Shown: positions 36,962 to 47,129, numbered from the stretch's first letter. The stretch is 64,000 nucleotides of DNA from Thermoplasmata archaeon (GCA_028864975.1 JAGWLG010000005.1:1-64000), one strand, 5' to 3'. Notes: generated by a model not told the origin, from the letters alone. Numbers and translations: made by a program.

Positions 36962-37414
36962 TTACGGTGAGGGGGGGACGAAAACTGTTCGGAGCTCCTG
37001 GACGAAGGACATCAGGCGTTCCTCGGTGTCGGGGGACCTGGCCCTCGCCCAGAGAAGGATACGAGGGGGACCTGCGCCAAGCTCGAAGCCTTGGAGCTCC
37101 GAGGTGGAGGGGCCCTCGAGGGTCGGCAGCATCTCGCTGTCCGGTCGAAGCATGACCCGTCGGCGGCCATCTCGGAGCGCCACGATCCAGAGATGTCCCC
37201 AGGACTCGGCCCCAGCGCCTGGGAGCCTGCGGAGCACCGAACGTTTCCAAGCTCGAGAGCGACCGGGGTCGGAGGTCTTCTCCTCCCATAGGGGGCTGAC
37301 GTAGACCCCCTCCAGGCCATCAGCCCGCAGCGCCGATGCACAGGCTTCGTCGAAAGCGCGAGCGATGTCCGCGCAGGCCGCCTCGAACGGACGGGGCGCC
37401 TTGCCTTCGACCAT
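36962..37414 (-). CDS. Hypothetical protein
   Basis: 150-aa ATG ORF co-oriented between the Cas4-like gene and moaA; protein-like composition. Confidence 0.65.
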   Translation of the reverse strand: MVEGKAPRPFEAACADIARAFDEACASALRADGLEGVYVSPLWEEKTSDPGRSRAWKRSVLRRLPGAGAESWGHLWIVALRDGRRRVMLRPDSEMLPTLEGPSTSELQGFELGAGPPRILLWARARSPDTEERLMSFVQELRTVFVPPSP

Positions 37415-37435
37415 CGGGGGTCCATCCCCCGGCCT

Positions 37436-38290
37436 TCAATAGAATCGCCGACGCGAGAACGGCTCCTGCCGTTCGTTACGGTGGAGCTCCTCGAACCCCT
37501 TGCACGCGTAGCGGCACAGCCCGTCGCGGTTGGGCTCGCAGTGCTGACAGTTCCTCTCGGCGGGGACGGGGGCCCGGACCTTGTCGGCTCGGATGAGCGT
37601 CATCGCCTGCTGGAGCCAGTTCCTCTGCAGGTCCCCGTAAGGGACCTCGACGTATCCCTCTCGTTCGCCCCCACCTTGCGCGTCCCCGTAGTAGACCACG
37701 CCGAAACGAGGGGCGCTTCCCCACGTGGCTTCGACGAGCCGACACTCGGCGATGACCTGGAGCACGTCGAAGAAGCGGCCGTGGTGCTCGTGGTACCCTT
37801 CCCAGAGGTGGGTCTCCTTGTACTCCACGGGGAACACCTGTCCGTCGCCGCGCCGAACGACGAGGTCCGGCCGGCCGGAGAGCCCCCACAGCTGGTCGAT
37901 CAGGGTCGAGCCGTGCTGCCGGACAAAGGCATGGGCGTGGCTCTGTTCCGGCGGGAAGAGGATCGGGAGCCCGCTCTCGTCGGGGTCCTGGTAGAGGAGC
38001 AGGTCATGGGGCCCAACGATGAGCCGGCCCGGCTGGGCGTCCGAACTCTCCCCCGGAGGAGGTGGGAGGGGCGAATGCCCGAGGGGGGTCGTCCCGGTGG
38101 GGGTGAGGGGCATGACCTTCTGGCCGGTCCTCCAGGAGAGGTGCTGGGCGCGATGGAGCTCCATCTCGAAGGGGCAACGGAAGTAGGTCACGATGTCGTG
38201 AGGGGAGAGGTGCTCGACGGGTGGCGGCGACGGAACTGACGTTCCCGGCGTGGGAGCGACCCCTGCCACCGAGGGAGTAGCGGCCTCCAT
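37436..38290 (-). CDS. Solo Cas4-like PD-(D/E)XK nuclease with putative 4Fe-4S cysteines
   Basis: LSPHDIVTYFRCP, GRPDLV, PVEYK, LQVIAE, NCQHC..LCRYAC. Confidence 0.8.
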   Translation of the reverse strand: MEAATPSVAGVAPTPGTSVPSPPPVEHLSPHDIVTYFRCPFEMELHRAQHLSWRTGQKVMPLTPTGTTPLGHSPLPPPPGESSDAQPGRLIVGPHDLLLYQDPDESGLPILFPPEQSHAHAFVRQHGSTLIDQLWGLSGRPDLVVRRGDGQVFPVEYKETHLWEGYHEHHGRFFDVLQVIAECRLVEATWGSAPRFGVVYYGDAQGGGEREGYVEVPYGDLQRNWLQQAMTLIRADKVRAPVPAERNCQHCEPNRDGLCRYACKGFEELHRNERQEPFSRRRFY

Positions 38291-38354
38291 GAGAGAAGTG
38301 GGGCGTGTAGGGGGTAATGAAGACCCCCTTCGAGTCGCGCGTGGGGGCCAAGGC

Positions 38355-41300
38355 TCACGGAAGCACGGAGGCGGGAGGGGGCGGAGGTCTCCGTGCGTCC
38401 CGTTCCATCGCGGAGGCGATGGCACGGCCCTGTTCCTCGAGCCGTGATCGCTGCCTCCGTTGAAGCCGAACGAAGGCCACCGCCAGCGCCATCCCGACCA
38501 AGGCGGCCCCTCCACCCAGGGCGCCGACTTCCAAGGGGGATAGCGTGGTCGATCGCGTCTGCGCAGTGCCGTTGACAGTGATGAGGAGGCTCGACGCGAC
38601 ATTCCTTCCGCCGCCGTCGCTGACCTCTCCGTAGACCGTGTAGACCCCGGGCCTGGCGTAGCTGTGCCCCACCGACGCCGAGGGGCAGCCCTGGCACGAG
38701 GGGGAGGGGAAGGCCTGAGAGAAGCCCGTCGAGCCATCCCCAAAGGAGAGGTTCAGGTGACGCGTCCCTACGCCACCCGACACGTCGTAATAGACCATCG
38801 TGGAGAGAGGCGCGGGTCCCCACCGTGGTGTCGCAGAGAGGTCGAGCACGAGGGCGGGTATCGTGCAGTTGCAGCCAACCTGCACCGACTCGGAGAGCTG
38901 CGCCACTACCTCGTGACCCGCACTGTCGAAGACTTCGACGGTCGCAGTGTACGAGCCCGTAGAGGCGTACGAATGCGATGCGACCATGCCCGTCCCGTTG
39001 GTCCCGTCGCCAAAGGACCAGGAAGCCACGTAGGGGGAGGTCCCTCCCGACGCATTCGCCCAGAAGGTCACCGGGTGGCCAGCAGGCGCAGGGTTGGGCG
39101 AAGATGCCACGGTTGTCGACATCGGACACCCCGTGCAACCTCCACGGACCTGGACGGTGATCGACGCGTTCGACGTCCCTCCCGTCGAATCGGTGAGGAA
39201 GACCGCGGCCGCGAAGGCGCCGGCAAGCGAATAGAGGTGGGTCACGTTGAGCCCGTTCTGACTTCCTCCGTCCCCGAAGTACCACACGGCCGCGTACCCA
39301 CCGGAACCCCCGGTGGGGTTGCTCTGGAAGGCGACGGAAAGGGGGGCGACCCCTGAGCTCGGGTTCGCGGACGGATTCGCGGTGAGCTTGGCACCGCCAC
39401 CGGTCACCGTGATCGTGAGCCCTGCGATCGACCATGCGCCCCGACTGTCGGTGACGTTCAAGGTGACCAGGAACGACCGGACGGCGGTGAAGGTGTGTGT
39501 CGGGTCCTGAACCACGGAGGTGCTTCCGTCCCCAAAGGACCAAGCGTAGGCGACGTACGTGCCGCTCCCACCGGTGGCTCCTCCTGTGAAGGAAACCGCC
39601 AGGGGTGCGGCCCCCGACATCGGTGTGGCCGAAGGGTGGGCGAGCAGGGAGGCGTTACTGTTCGAGACCGTGACCCACACCCAGGAGGACGCAAAGTGCC
39701 CAAGCCGATCCTCCACCACGACCGTCGAATTGTACGTCCCGCTGGCATTGTAGGTGTGCCGAGGGTTCTCGGCGTACGAGTGGGGGGTCAGGTCCCCATA
39801 GCTCCAGTTCCAGGTGTATGGGGGTGCACCGCCGAAGGCGGTCGCATTGAACAGGACCTTGAGTGGAACCGCGCCGGAGCTGGGGGTGGCGGAGGGAGTG
39901 ACCGCGAGCATCGGTGGGGAGAGCGCGGTGATCGTCAGGGACGCGTTGGACGTGGCTCCGCGCGAATCGGTGACCTCCAGCGTCGCGGGGAAGGTCCCCG
40001 GGGTCGTGTAGGCGTGGGCGGGGTTCTGGACGGCGGAGGTCCCCCCGTCGCCGAAGTTCCAGCCCCACGAGTAGGGGGTGCTCCCTCCGCTCGCACCGCC
40101 CGAGAAGGTGACGGTGAGGGGCACCGCACCGGACAAGGGTGTCGCGGAGGCCGAGGCCTGGAGCGTCGAGTTGGAGTTGCGGACGTAGACCCAGACCTCG
40201 GTCGAGCCCAAGCGACCGAGTGCGTCGGTCACCTGAAGCCCTGCAAGATAGGTTCCACTCGCGTTGTACGTGTGCACCGGATCCTGTGCGAGGGACTCCG
40301 CGCTGCCATCCCCATACACCCAGCGCCAGGTGTACGGAGCGCTACCTCCCCGCACCGTGCCGGAGAAGCTCACCGTCAAAGGTACGGCTCCCGAGGGGGG
40401 TGAGGCGACGGCGGAGGCCACCATCCCTGCCGAAACGTTCGACCAAATCCCTGCCCGATAGGTCCACGTGTCGTTGAGCTGGCTCCACAGGTAGTTCGCC
40501 CCTCCAAAGAGCACCACGTACCCGTCGGACCAATCGAACGTGGTCGCCTCCGCCATGCGGTTCAGAGGGTACTCCCAGGCGCAGGGACTGCCGCGCTGAC
40601 ACCAGATCCGGTCATTGTTCTGGGGATTGGTCCAGTTCCCGCTGTGGAAGGTCCACCAGATCTCCGGGTCGCATCCACCCCTCAGGCAGTTGGTCGCGTT
40701 GTCGTCGGCGTTCGTGAAGAAGGGTACGGCATCCGCTGCGTCGTACGTGAATCCATCGTCGTACGGCTCGGGTGGCACGGGCCCGGAGGGATGCAGGAGG
40801 ACCCACGAGCCCCCACGCCAGGCCCACGTGTCCTGTAGCATGTTCACCCAGAACCCGCCGGGCTCCGGATTGACCACCGTGGTGCCGCCGAAGAGCACGA
40901 CTTCATGGTCCGCCGCGTCGTAGGTGAGCCCCGCTCCGGCGCGCGCGGAGGGCGAGGTCGGCGGGAAGAGCTCCGTCCAGGCGCCCCCGACGAACGTCCA
41001 GGTGTCACCGCAGACCGTCCCACAGCCTCCATTCCCCCCTCCGAACAGGAGCATGTAGCCGTCCGCGGAGTCGTTCGTGAAGGCAGCGGCCTCTCTCGAT
41101 GGAGGCGAGACGGGGGGGTGGAGCTGGCTCCAGACCCCGGCTCGGAAGGTCCAGGTCTGTCCTGCCGCAGCGCAGGTCCCTCCGGGGGCGCTCCCTGTCC
41201 CGGCGAAATAGACCACCTCGCTGTCGAAAGGGTCGAACGCCATCGAGGAGGCGACGCAGCTCTCTGGAAAGGACGAGGGGAAGAGCTCGGTCCAGACCCC

Positions 41301-41774
41301 CGCGTGGTACGTCCAGGTCTCGGTCCCGTTCTCCGGCCCTGACCCCGTGGCCCCCAAGAGCAGAACATAGCCGTCCGCGGCGTCGTAGGTCATCGCACTG
41401 TCATAGATCACGAAGCCTGGAGGAGAAGCGCCCCCTGTCGTGGACAGGGCTCGTCCAAGCTCCCCCTCCGGGGGAAGCGGTCCCAACACGCTTTGCGAAC
41501 ACCGAAGGTTGTTCGAGAGTTCAAGGGGGCGCAGGGGGAACATCATCGCGGGATGGGTCTGGTCGCAGGAGCGGCCACCTGCACCGGCCCCGATGGGACC
41601 GAACGAAGCGAGCCCGGTGGGGCCTGGCATCGGGGGGCGGAGAGGGGCTGCCCTCGCACCGACGGGAGGGATGGCCACGAGCACGGCGAGACCGACCGTC
41701 ATGACGAGCAAGAGTGCGCTCGTCGAGGGAAGGGGCGGACGGCCCCTACATGAGCGTGCCGAGCAGGTGTTCAT
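38355..41774 (-). CDS. Kelch beta-propeller + 7 PKD domains + C-terminal TM surface protein
   Basis: MTYDAADGY.LLFGG repeats; seven SG..PL.V.F...GG..PY.W.FGDG units; TM LGGGAALVGMALAVAFV. ATG 41774 preferred. Confidence 0.9.
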   Translation of the reverse strand: MNTCSARSCRGRPPLPSTSALLLVMTVGLAVLVAIPPVGARAAPLRPPMPGPTGLASFGPIGAGAGGRSCDQTHPAMMFPLRPLELSNNLRCSQSVLGPLPPEGELGRALSTTGGASPPGFVIYDSAMTYDAADGYVLLLGATGSGPENGTETWTYHAGVWTELFPSSFPESCVASSMAFDPFDSEVVYFAGTGSAPGGTCAAAGQTWTFRAGVWSQLHPPVSPPSREAAAFTNDSADGYMLLFGGGNGGCGTVCGDTWTFVGGAWTELFPPTSPSARAGAGLTYDAADHEVVLFGGTTVVNPEPGGFWVNMLQDTWAWRGGSWVLLHPSGPVPPEPYDDGFTYDAADAVPFFTNADDNATNCLRGGCDPEIWWTFHSGNWTNPQNNDRIWCQRGSPCAWEYPLNRMAEATTFDWSDGYVVLFGGANYLWSQLNDTWTYRAGIWSNVSAGMVASAVASPPSGAVPLTVSFSGTVRGGSAPYTWRWVYGDGSAESLAQDPVHTYNASGTYLAGLQVTDALGRLGSTEVWVYVRNSNSTLQASASATPLSGAVPLTVTFSGGASGGSTPYSWGWNFGDGGTSAVQNPAHAYTTPGTFPATLEVTDSRGATSNASLTITALSPPMLAVTPSATPSSGAVPLKVLFNATAFGGAPPYTWNWSYGDLTPHSYAENPRHTYNASGTYNSTVVVEDRLGHFASSWVWVTVSNSNASLLAHPSATPMSGAAPLAVSFTGGATGGSGTYVAYAWSFGDGSTSVVQDPTHTFTAVRSFLVTLNVTDSRGAWSIAGLTITVTGGGAKLTANPSANPSSGVAPLSVAFQSNPTGGSGGYAAVWYFGDGGSQNGLNVTHLYSLAGAFAAAVFLTDSTGGTSNASITVQVRGGCTGCPMSTTVASSPNPAPAGHPVTFWANASGGTSPYVASWSFGDGTNGTGMVASHSYASTGSYTATVEVFDSAGHEVVAQLSESVQVGCNCTIPALVLDLSATPRWGPAPLSTMVYYDVSGGVGTRHLNLSFGDGSTGFSQAFPSPSCQGCPSASVGHSYARPGVYTVYGEVSDGGGRNVASSLLITVNGTAQTRSTTLSPLEVGALGGGAALVGMALAVAFVRLQRRQRSRLEEQGRAIASAMERDARRPPPPPASVLP

Positions 41775-41800
41775 CGCCCATCCACTCGGTCGTCGAGGGA

Positions 41801-41835
41801 CAAAAAGGCCTCTCGGAGATACGCCCGAGATACGC
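41801..41835 (-). promoter_or_regulatory. Promoter: GCGTATC-N4-GCGTATC-N11-TTTTTG (tandem direct repeat + TATA-like box)
   Basis: Plus strand caaaaaggcctctcggaGATACGCccgaGATACGC; same spacing as 47130-47164. Confidence 0.7.
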
Positions 41836-41908
41836 CGTTCCGGGGTCGCAACACGGCGCGGGGAGCCTCCCACCCGCGTCGAAGGAGGGAGCCGAACGGT
41901 CCTCGTCC

Positions 41909-43327
41909 TCATTCCTGCGGGGCCGCCTCCTTGGCCGCTCCTCGACCAGGATCGAGGGTCGCACCCTTCCGTCGAAGCTCCTTGGCCAGGGCCTCTCCGC
42001 GGCCGGTCAATCGGTAGACCTTCATGCGACGTGGTCGGCCGCGCACGTGGCGAACGTCGACCAGAAGGATCCCTCCGGCCTCCAGACGTCGTAGGACATT
42101 GGTCAGCGCGTTCTGACGGACCCCGAGGGTCTCGGCCATGCCCTGCTGGGTGAACGCAACCGGTGCGACATCGTCCGCGTGAAGCGCCCCTTGCAAGGCC
42201 AGGTGGACGACGACCCTCTCGGAGACGCGAAGGGCGTCCCGGGACGGAGGTGTCGCCTTCGGACGCGAAGGCCGGGCCGGCCTCGCGGTCACGCCCTGGG
42301 TCGCTCCGGAAACCTCTGGGGGCTTCGGAGGGGATATCGGAACCGTTCCAGGGACGGCCACGGCAACCACGGCCTCGACCGAAGAGCTCGCAGTGGGGGG
42401 GCTCGTGATGGCCGTGGGGGTCGTGGCCACGCTTCCGTCAGTCGTGGCCTGGGTATCAGCGACCTCTCTGCGAGCCTTCGTTTCCCGGCTCTCCTGACCC
42501 GTTCGTATCCCCCCAAGTCGCAGCAGGGCGTAGAGCGCGAGCCCTCCCGAGGCCGCTCCCAGGCCTAGCGCCCAGAACAGAGGCGTGATCTCCAGCGAAG
42601 AGGGAGAAGCCGCCGCGGCGGTGACGTTGACCCACGTCGTGGCTGACGCCGGGGTGCCTTTGGAATCGGTGACCGTGAACGTGACCAGATACGTTCCCGC
42701 ATCTCGGTACGAATGATCGAGCGCGATCCCCGTTCCGCTCGATGCGTCCCCGAAGGTCCAGGAGTAGGAAGCGTACGTGCCGGTGCCTCCCGTCACGCGG
42801 CCCTCGAAGGAGACCGTCAGCGGCGCTTCCCCTCCCAGAGGCGAGGCCACGATCGAGACCTCTAACGCCGAAGGCACGACATGGATGGTGATGTTGGCGC
42901 TCGAGGTCCTGAGGCCCTCGTGCACCGTAACGGTCGTGTCGAAGTACCCCGCGTGGCCGTAGGTGTGGTATCTGGGGTCCCAGGGCGCATGGCTCGAGAC
43001 GTTGACATCGGGAGTTCCGTCGCCGAAGCTCCAGTTGTAGCTTGTCGGTACCCCCGAGATCGCGGTCGCGTTCAACAAGACGACCAGGGGAACCCCGCCG
43101 TAGCTAGGGGTCGCGGAAAGCGCGACGAGGAAGAGGGGCTCCGGGGAAGTCGAGGCCTCCTCCGGCGCCGTCCCCGCCCCAGGGGTCCCTGAGAAGAAGA
43201 GGAGGAGGACCCCGAGGAGCAGGGTGATGACCAGGCGCCGAACGTGGCGTACGTAGCACCTCAAGGCGAATGTCGGCACCCTGTAGGAGCGATATGGGCA
43301 TTTGCTCCCGGGGCCGGTACCCCACAC
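41909..43327 (-). CDS. Membrane-tethered transcription factor: signal/TM + 2 PKD + TM + C-terminal winged HTH
   Basis: RRLVITLLLGVLLLFF; two PKD units; TM PLFWALGLGAASGGLALYALL; FTQQGMAETLGVRQNALTNVLRRLEAGG...RMKVYRLTGRG. The start may be GTG 43279. Confidence 0.85.
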   Translation of the reverse strand: MWGTGPGSKCPYRSYRVPTFALRCYVRHVRRLVITLLLGVLLLFFSGTPGAGTAPEEASTSPEPLFLVALSATPSYGGVPLVVLLNATAISGVPTSYNWSFGDGTPDVNVSSHAPWDPRYHTYGHAGYFDTTVTVHEGLRTSSANITIHVVPSALEVSIVASPLGGEAPLTVSFEGRVTGGTGTYASYSWTFGDASSGTGIALDHSYRDAGTYLVTFTVTDSKGTPASATTWVNVTAAAASPSSLEITPLFWALGLGAASGGLALYALLRLGGIRTGQESRETKARREVADTQATTDGSVATTPTAITSPPTASSSVEAVVAVAVPGTVPISPPKPPEVSGATQGVTARPARPSRPKATPPSRDALRVSERVVVHLALQGALHADDVAPVAFTQQGMAETLGVRQNALTNVLRRLEAGGILLVDVRHVRGRPRRMKVYRLTGRGEALAKELRRKGATLDPGRGAAKEAAPQE

Positions 43328-43333
43328 CGGCGA

Positions 43334-43765
43334 TCAGGCCTTCTCTCTGAGGACGGCCGCCGTCTTGCTGAGCTCATCAGGGCTCGTAGGTTGGACCTTC
43401 ATCTCCCACCATTCCTGGAGTGCGAGGTCGTCCCCCTCCCGCCGGGGGACAACGTGGATGTGGAGGTGCCTCACGCTCTGCTCCGCCGATCTGCCACTCG
43501 AGACGAACAGATTGTTGCCCGTGACCTCGAGGACCTTGCGAAGGCGAAGAGCGGTCCACCGCGCGAGCTCGGCCACCTCCGCCCAATCCTCGGGAGTCAC
43601 CTCTGTGAGGTCCGCCGCATGGGCCTTCGGGATGACCAGCGAGTGTCCCCAGCTTATCGGGTTGACATCGAGGAAGGCGAGGGCGCGGGGCGACTCGCGG
43701 ATCCGGTGGGAAGGGATCTCTCCCTTGGCGATGGCGCAGAAGACGCAGGGGGGTCCGCTACCCAT
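43334..43765 (-). CDS. HIT family nucleotide hydrolase
   Basis: CVFCAI, AFLDVNP, GHSLVIPK, HLHIHVVPR. Confidence 0.96.
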   Translation of the reverse strand: MGSGPPCVFCAIAKGEIPSHRIRESPRALAFLDVNPISWGHSLVIPKAHAADLTEVTPEDWAEVAELARWTALRLRKVLEVTGNNLFVSSGRSAEQSVRHLHIHVVPRREGDDLALQEWWEMKVQPTSPDELSKTAAVLREKA

Positions 43766-43828
43766 GCAACCAAGAGCGAGCGGGGTGGCTTTGAACCTAC
43801 CGACATGGGCTCCTAAGCGAAGCTCGGC

Positions 43829-46800
43829 TCACCGCGCGCCAAACGGAGGCATCTCGAGACTCCTCTGACGGAGGGCGATCGCCCCGCTCTGAGGGTCGAA
43901 CTCGATCCTCTCGGAAAGGATCGTGGGGGGGTGTCGGACCTGTGTCGCCCCCCCTGCTGGGGTCGATGGCGACGGTTTCGAAGTGTCGCCCGGAGCCGGA
44001 GACGCGCCGGACGCAACAAGGCCCCCGGACGCTCTCCTTCGAGGGGGGCGAAGGAGGAGGAAACCCGCCAGAGCCGTGATCCCCACCGTACCAAGGACCA
44101 GTCCCGCCACGATGGCCGGGTCCCCAAGGGCCGAGCCCGACCTGGCCCCACCTGGCGCACTGACCTGGACGTACAGCACGCTGCTGATACCCCGTCGCCC
44201 CGATGCATCGGTCACCAGGACGAAGACCGCATACTCGCCCGTCATCGCGAACGTGTGCGTGGTGGAGAGCGAGGTCGAGCTGAACGTGGTCCCATCTCCG
44301 AAGTTCCAGAGAACCTGATACGGCACAGCTCCGCCCTGTACGACCGCCGTGAACTGCGTCGGACTGCCCTCTCGCGGGAAGGACGAGCTCCAGAAGCTGA
44401 CGTTCAGAGGAAGGTCCCCTCCCCCGCAGGATGTCGCGTTGACGATGGCGATCGCGGGAAGGGTCGCCGAGTCCCCCACTTGGTCCTCCACGGTGAGACG
44501 GGGATGATAGGTTCCCGGGACCGAGTAGTTGTACGAGATGGTCGCGGGGCCCTGGACCGTGCCCGCTCCGGTGAAGTTCCAGAGGAAGGTGTACGGGGGG
44601 ACTCCCCCCGTCGCGGAAGCCTGAAAGACGACGTTGACCGGCGCGCAGGCGCTGACGCTGGTCGCCGTGGCCGATCCCACGAGGACGGTGCCGTTCCCTC
44701 CCCCGCCGCTCTCGTTGACCTGGATGCGCAGCGACGCGATGGCGCTGTTCCCCCCGCTGTCGTTGACGAGAACGGTGGCCTCGTAGGTACCGGGGGTCGG
44801 GTAGGTATAGGCCGGGCAGGCCTCGGAAGACGCTCCCCCGTTCCCGAAGGTCCACGCATAGGTGTAGGGCGCGAGCCCTCCCGCGACCTGGGCACAGAAC
44901 TGGACCGCGAGCGGCGCCGTACCGCTCGTAGGCTCGCCCGAGACCTGGATCAGGACCGACGAGGAGCCGTTAGGGTCGACCGTGACCATCAACGCGGCGC
45001 TTGTCGCAGAGTTCCCGCGGGCATCCGTGACGAGAAGCTGGACAGTGAAAGTTCCGGTCGCGTAGATGGTGCAACTGAAGCTCGCGTTCCTGGGAGCGGT
45101 GCAGGGGACCCCCGTCCAAGCGAAGGCATAGGGGGGAGCGCCGCCGGAGGCCGCTCCGGTGAACTGGACGAGCAAAGGCGCGACCCCGGTCGTCGGATCC
45201 GCGGAAGCCGTGGCCGAGAGCGCTGGGGGTGAGGTGACGACGACGGTCACGCTGGTCGATGCGGAAGCGCCCGTCGAGTCGGTGGCCACGACGGTGGCGG
45301 TGAAGGTTCCTGGCGTCGAATAGATGTGACTCACCGTGGCCCCCGTGGCCGTCGAACCGTCGCCGAGGTCCCAGCTCCAAGAGTAGGGGGGCGATCCCCC
45401 CGCCGTGGCGGCGTCCAGGGTGCAGGGAGTTCCAAAGCCGACGGGGTCCGGCGTGGCGCTCGCCGCTACATGGAGCGTGGTCGAACTGGTCACGTTCAGC
45501 GTCCAGGTGTCACCAAAGAGGGTGGTCGACGTGCCGCCCCCGAAGTAGAGGACGTACCCCTCGGCGGGGTCGTAGGCCATGGCGGCGCCGGCACGGCCGT
45601 CGGGCATCGCCGTGAGCAGACTCGTCAAGTTCGTCCAGTTCGCTCCCGACAGGCTCCACAGCTCTACACAGCTGGTCGGGCCGCTGCAGGAATGCCGCGG
45701 CCACGTGTCCGTGAAAGGGAGGAGGACCCCTTGAGCGGCCGGATCGTCGACCATCTGCTCCCACCCCCCGAAGGGCGGCTCTGGGCTCCACGTATCGACC
45801 TTCCATGCCCCGTTCTGGTACAGACAGGTCCCGTAGGTGTCGTTCCCCCCTACGGAGACCAAGTAGGCGTCGGTCGAGTCGAAGGTGAGAGGGTCAAGGA
45901 GGGTGCAAGAGTCGACCGCAGCATCCTGCCACCAGGTCCCCGCGTGGTAGAAATCGAGCGGGCTCGCTGACGGGGTAGGGTTCGGGTAGCGCCCGATCAA
46001 GGCTACCGCAGCCGCGACCGGGTCGTAGGTAAGGTCCGGGGCGTACGACCATGACCCGAGGGACGAGGGAAGGGTCCCTTCCAGCTGCCACTGGTCATTG
46101 GAGAAGACCCAGACATCGTTCAGACCACGGACCGAGCTGTTGGACCCGCCCACGAGGAGGAGGTACCCGTCCGCAGCGTCGTACGTCATCATCGCGCCGT
46201 AGCGCGGTGAGGGGGCGGTCGAGAGTCCCGCCGAGAGGTTGGTCCAGACCCCGTGCTCGAAGGCCCACGTGTCGCCGAGGGGGGCGCTCCTCGCGCCCGC
46301 TCCCCCGAAGAGGAGCACGGCCTGCATGGCCGGGTCGTAGGCGGCCGCCGCCCCCGTCCGAGCCGAAGGGGAGGCAGGGGTGGTGAGGAGGGTCCAGGCA
46401 GCGGATACCGTCGGAGGCGTCACCGTGATGGTGAGATTGACGAACGCATGCCAAGGCTGGGCCTGGGTATCGATCGCCTCGAAGGTCACGAGATAGGTCC
46501 CTGGGGCTGTGAACGTGTGGGCACCGAAGGTCCAGGTGCCGGTCCGGGCGTAGCAGTAACTGTTGCTCGGCCCCGCCCTCGCCCCATCGCCGTAGTCGAA
46601 GCTGCAGTCATAGTAGTAGTAACCGGCGGGGTCCCCCCTCACGGAGGTCTCAAACCCGACGGTGAGCGGCGCGGGACCCGCCGTCCTCGAGGCGTTCGCC
46701 CAGGCTTGCAGAACGAAGGAGGGCGACACTCCCGCCGGAGCGCCGTCGGTTTGAGGACCCGATGGGCCCTCTACCACGCTGCCGCGCGCGAGCGTTTCTG

Positions 46801-47095
46801 CCCAAGGGGGTGCGAGCTGCGGTCCGAGCCGTTGACCCGGGAGCTGCCAGTGGTCGACCGGCTCCCACAGGTGGGCCATGGCGTCCGATCGGACCTCCGT
46901 GGGGGTCGGCGAGTGGGCAGCCAACGACAGCGCCCCCGACACCGGGTCCGATAGCGGGCGTCCTGCATGGACAGCAAGCCCCGCTGGGAGGATGCTCAGA
47001 AGGAGCATCATGACCAAGAGGAGCACCATCGCCGTATCGGTCGAGCTCCTGGAGGGTCTGGGGCAGCAGCCCATTGACGGGCGCGATGCATTCAT
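43829..47095 (-). CDS. PKD + Kelch beta-propeller + 5 PKD + C-terminal TM surface protein
   Basis: Signal MVLLLVMMLLLSIL; AAYDPA..AVLLFGG repeats; GG..PY.W..GDG units; TM IVAGLVLGTVGITALAGFLLL. Confidence 0.9.
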   Translation of the reverse strand: MNASRPSMGCCPRPSRSSTDTAMVLLLVMMLLLSILPAGLAVHAGRPLSDPVSGALSLAAHSPTPTEVRSDAMAHLWEPVDHWQLPGQRLGPQLAPPWAETLARGSVVEGPSGPQTDGAPAGVSPSFVLQAWANASRTAGPAPLTVGFETSVRGDPAGYYYYDCSFDYGDGARAGPSNSYCYARTGTWTFGAHTFTAPGTYLVTFEAIDTQAQPWHAFVNLTITVTPPTVSAAWTLLTTPASPSARTGAAAAYDPAMQAVLLFGGAGARSAPLGDTWAFEHGVWTNLSAGLSTAPSPRYGAMMTYDAADGYLLLVGGSNSSVRGLNDVWVFSNDQWQLEGTLPSSLGSWSYAPDLTYDPVAAAVALIGRYPNPTPSASPLDFYHAGTWWQDAAVDSCTLLDPLTFDSTDAYLVSVGGNDTYGTCLYQNGAWKVDTWSPEPPFGGWEQMVDDPAAQGVLLPFTDTWPRHSCSGPTSCVELWSLSGANWTNLTSLLTAMPDGRAGAAMAYDPAEGYVLYFGGGTSTTLFGDTWTLNVTSSTTLHVAASATPDPVGFGTPCTLDAATAGGSPPYSWSWDLGDGSTATGATVSHIYSTPGTFTATVVATDSTGASASTSVTVVVTSPPALSATASADPTTGVAPLLVQFTGAASGGAPPYAFAWTGVPCTAPRNASFSCTIYATGTFTVQLLVTDARGNSATSAALMVTVDPNGSSSVLIQVSGEPTSGTAPLAVQFCAQVAGGLAPYTYAWTFGNGGASSEACPAYTYPTPGTYEATVLVNDSGGNSAIASLRIQVNESGGGGNGTVLVGSATATSVSACAPVNVVFQASATGGVPPYTFLWNFTGAGTVQGPATISYNYSVPGTYHPRLTVEDQVGDSATLPAIAIVNATSCGGGDLPLNVSFWSSSFPREGSPTQFTAVVQGGAVPYQVLWNFGDGTTFSSTSLSTTHTFAMTGEYAVFVLVTDASGRRGISSVLYVQVSAPGGARSGSALGDPAIVAGLVLGTVGITALAGFLLLRPPRRRASGGLVASGASPAPGDTSKPSPSTPAGGATQVRHPPTILSERIEFDPQSGAIALRQRSLEMPPFGAR

Positions 47096-47129
47096 GGTGG
47101 CACCGCGATGAATCTGTGTTCTCTCCGTT

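Noticed and set aside
37436-38290. Possible CRISPR-Cas locus around the Cas4-like gene
   Set aside because: No repeat-spacer array and no cas1, cas2 or effector genes seen in the window.
43829-43925. Tail ILSERI of the Kelch-PKD protein resembles the start of the neighbouring wHTH (RVSERV), suggesting a frameshifted wHTH
   Set aside because: The alternative frame I translated downstream shows no wHTH motifs and little space remains before the HIT gene; probably chance.
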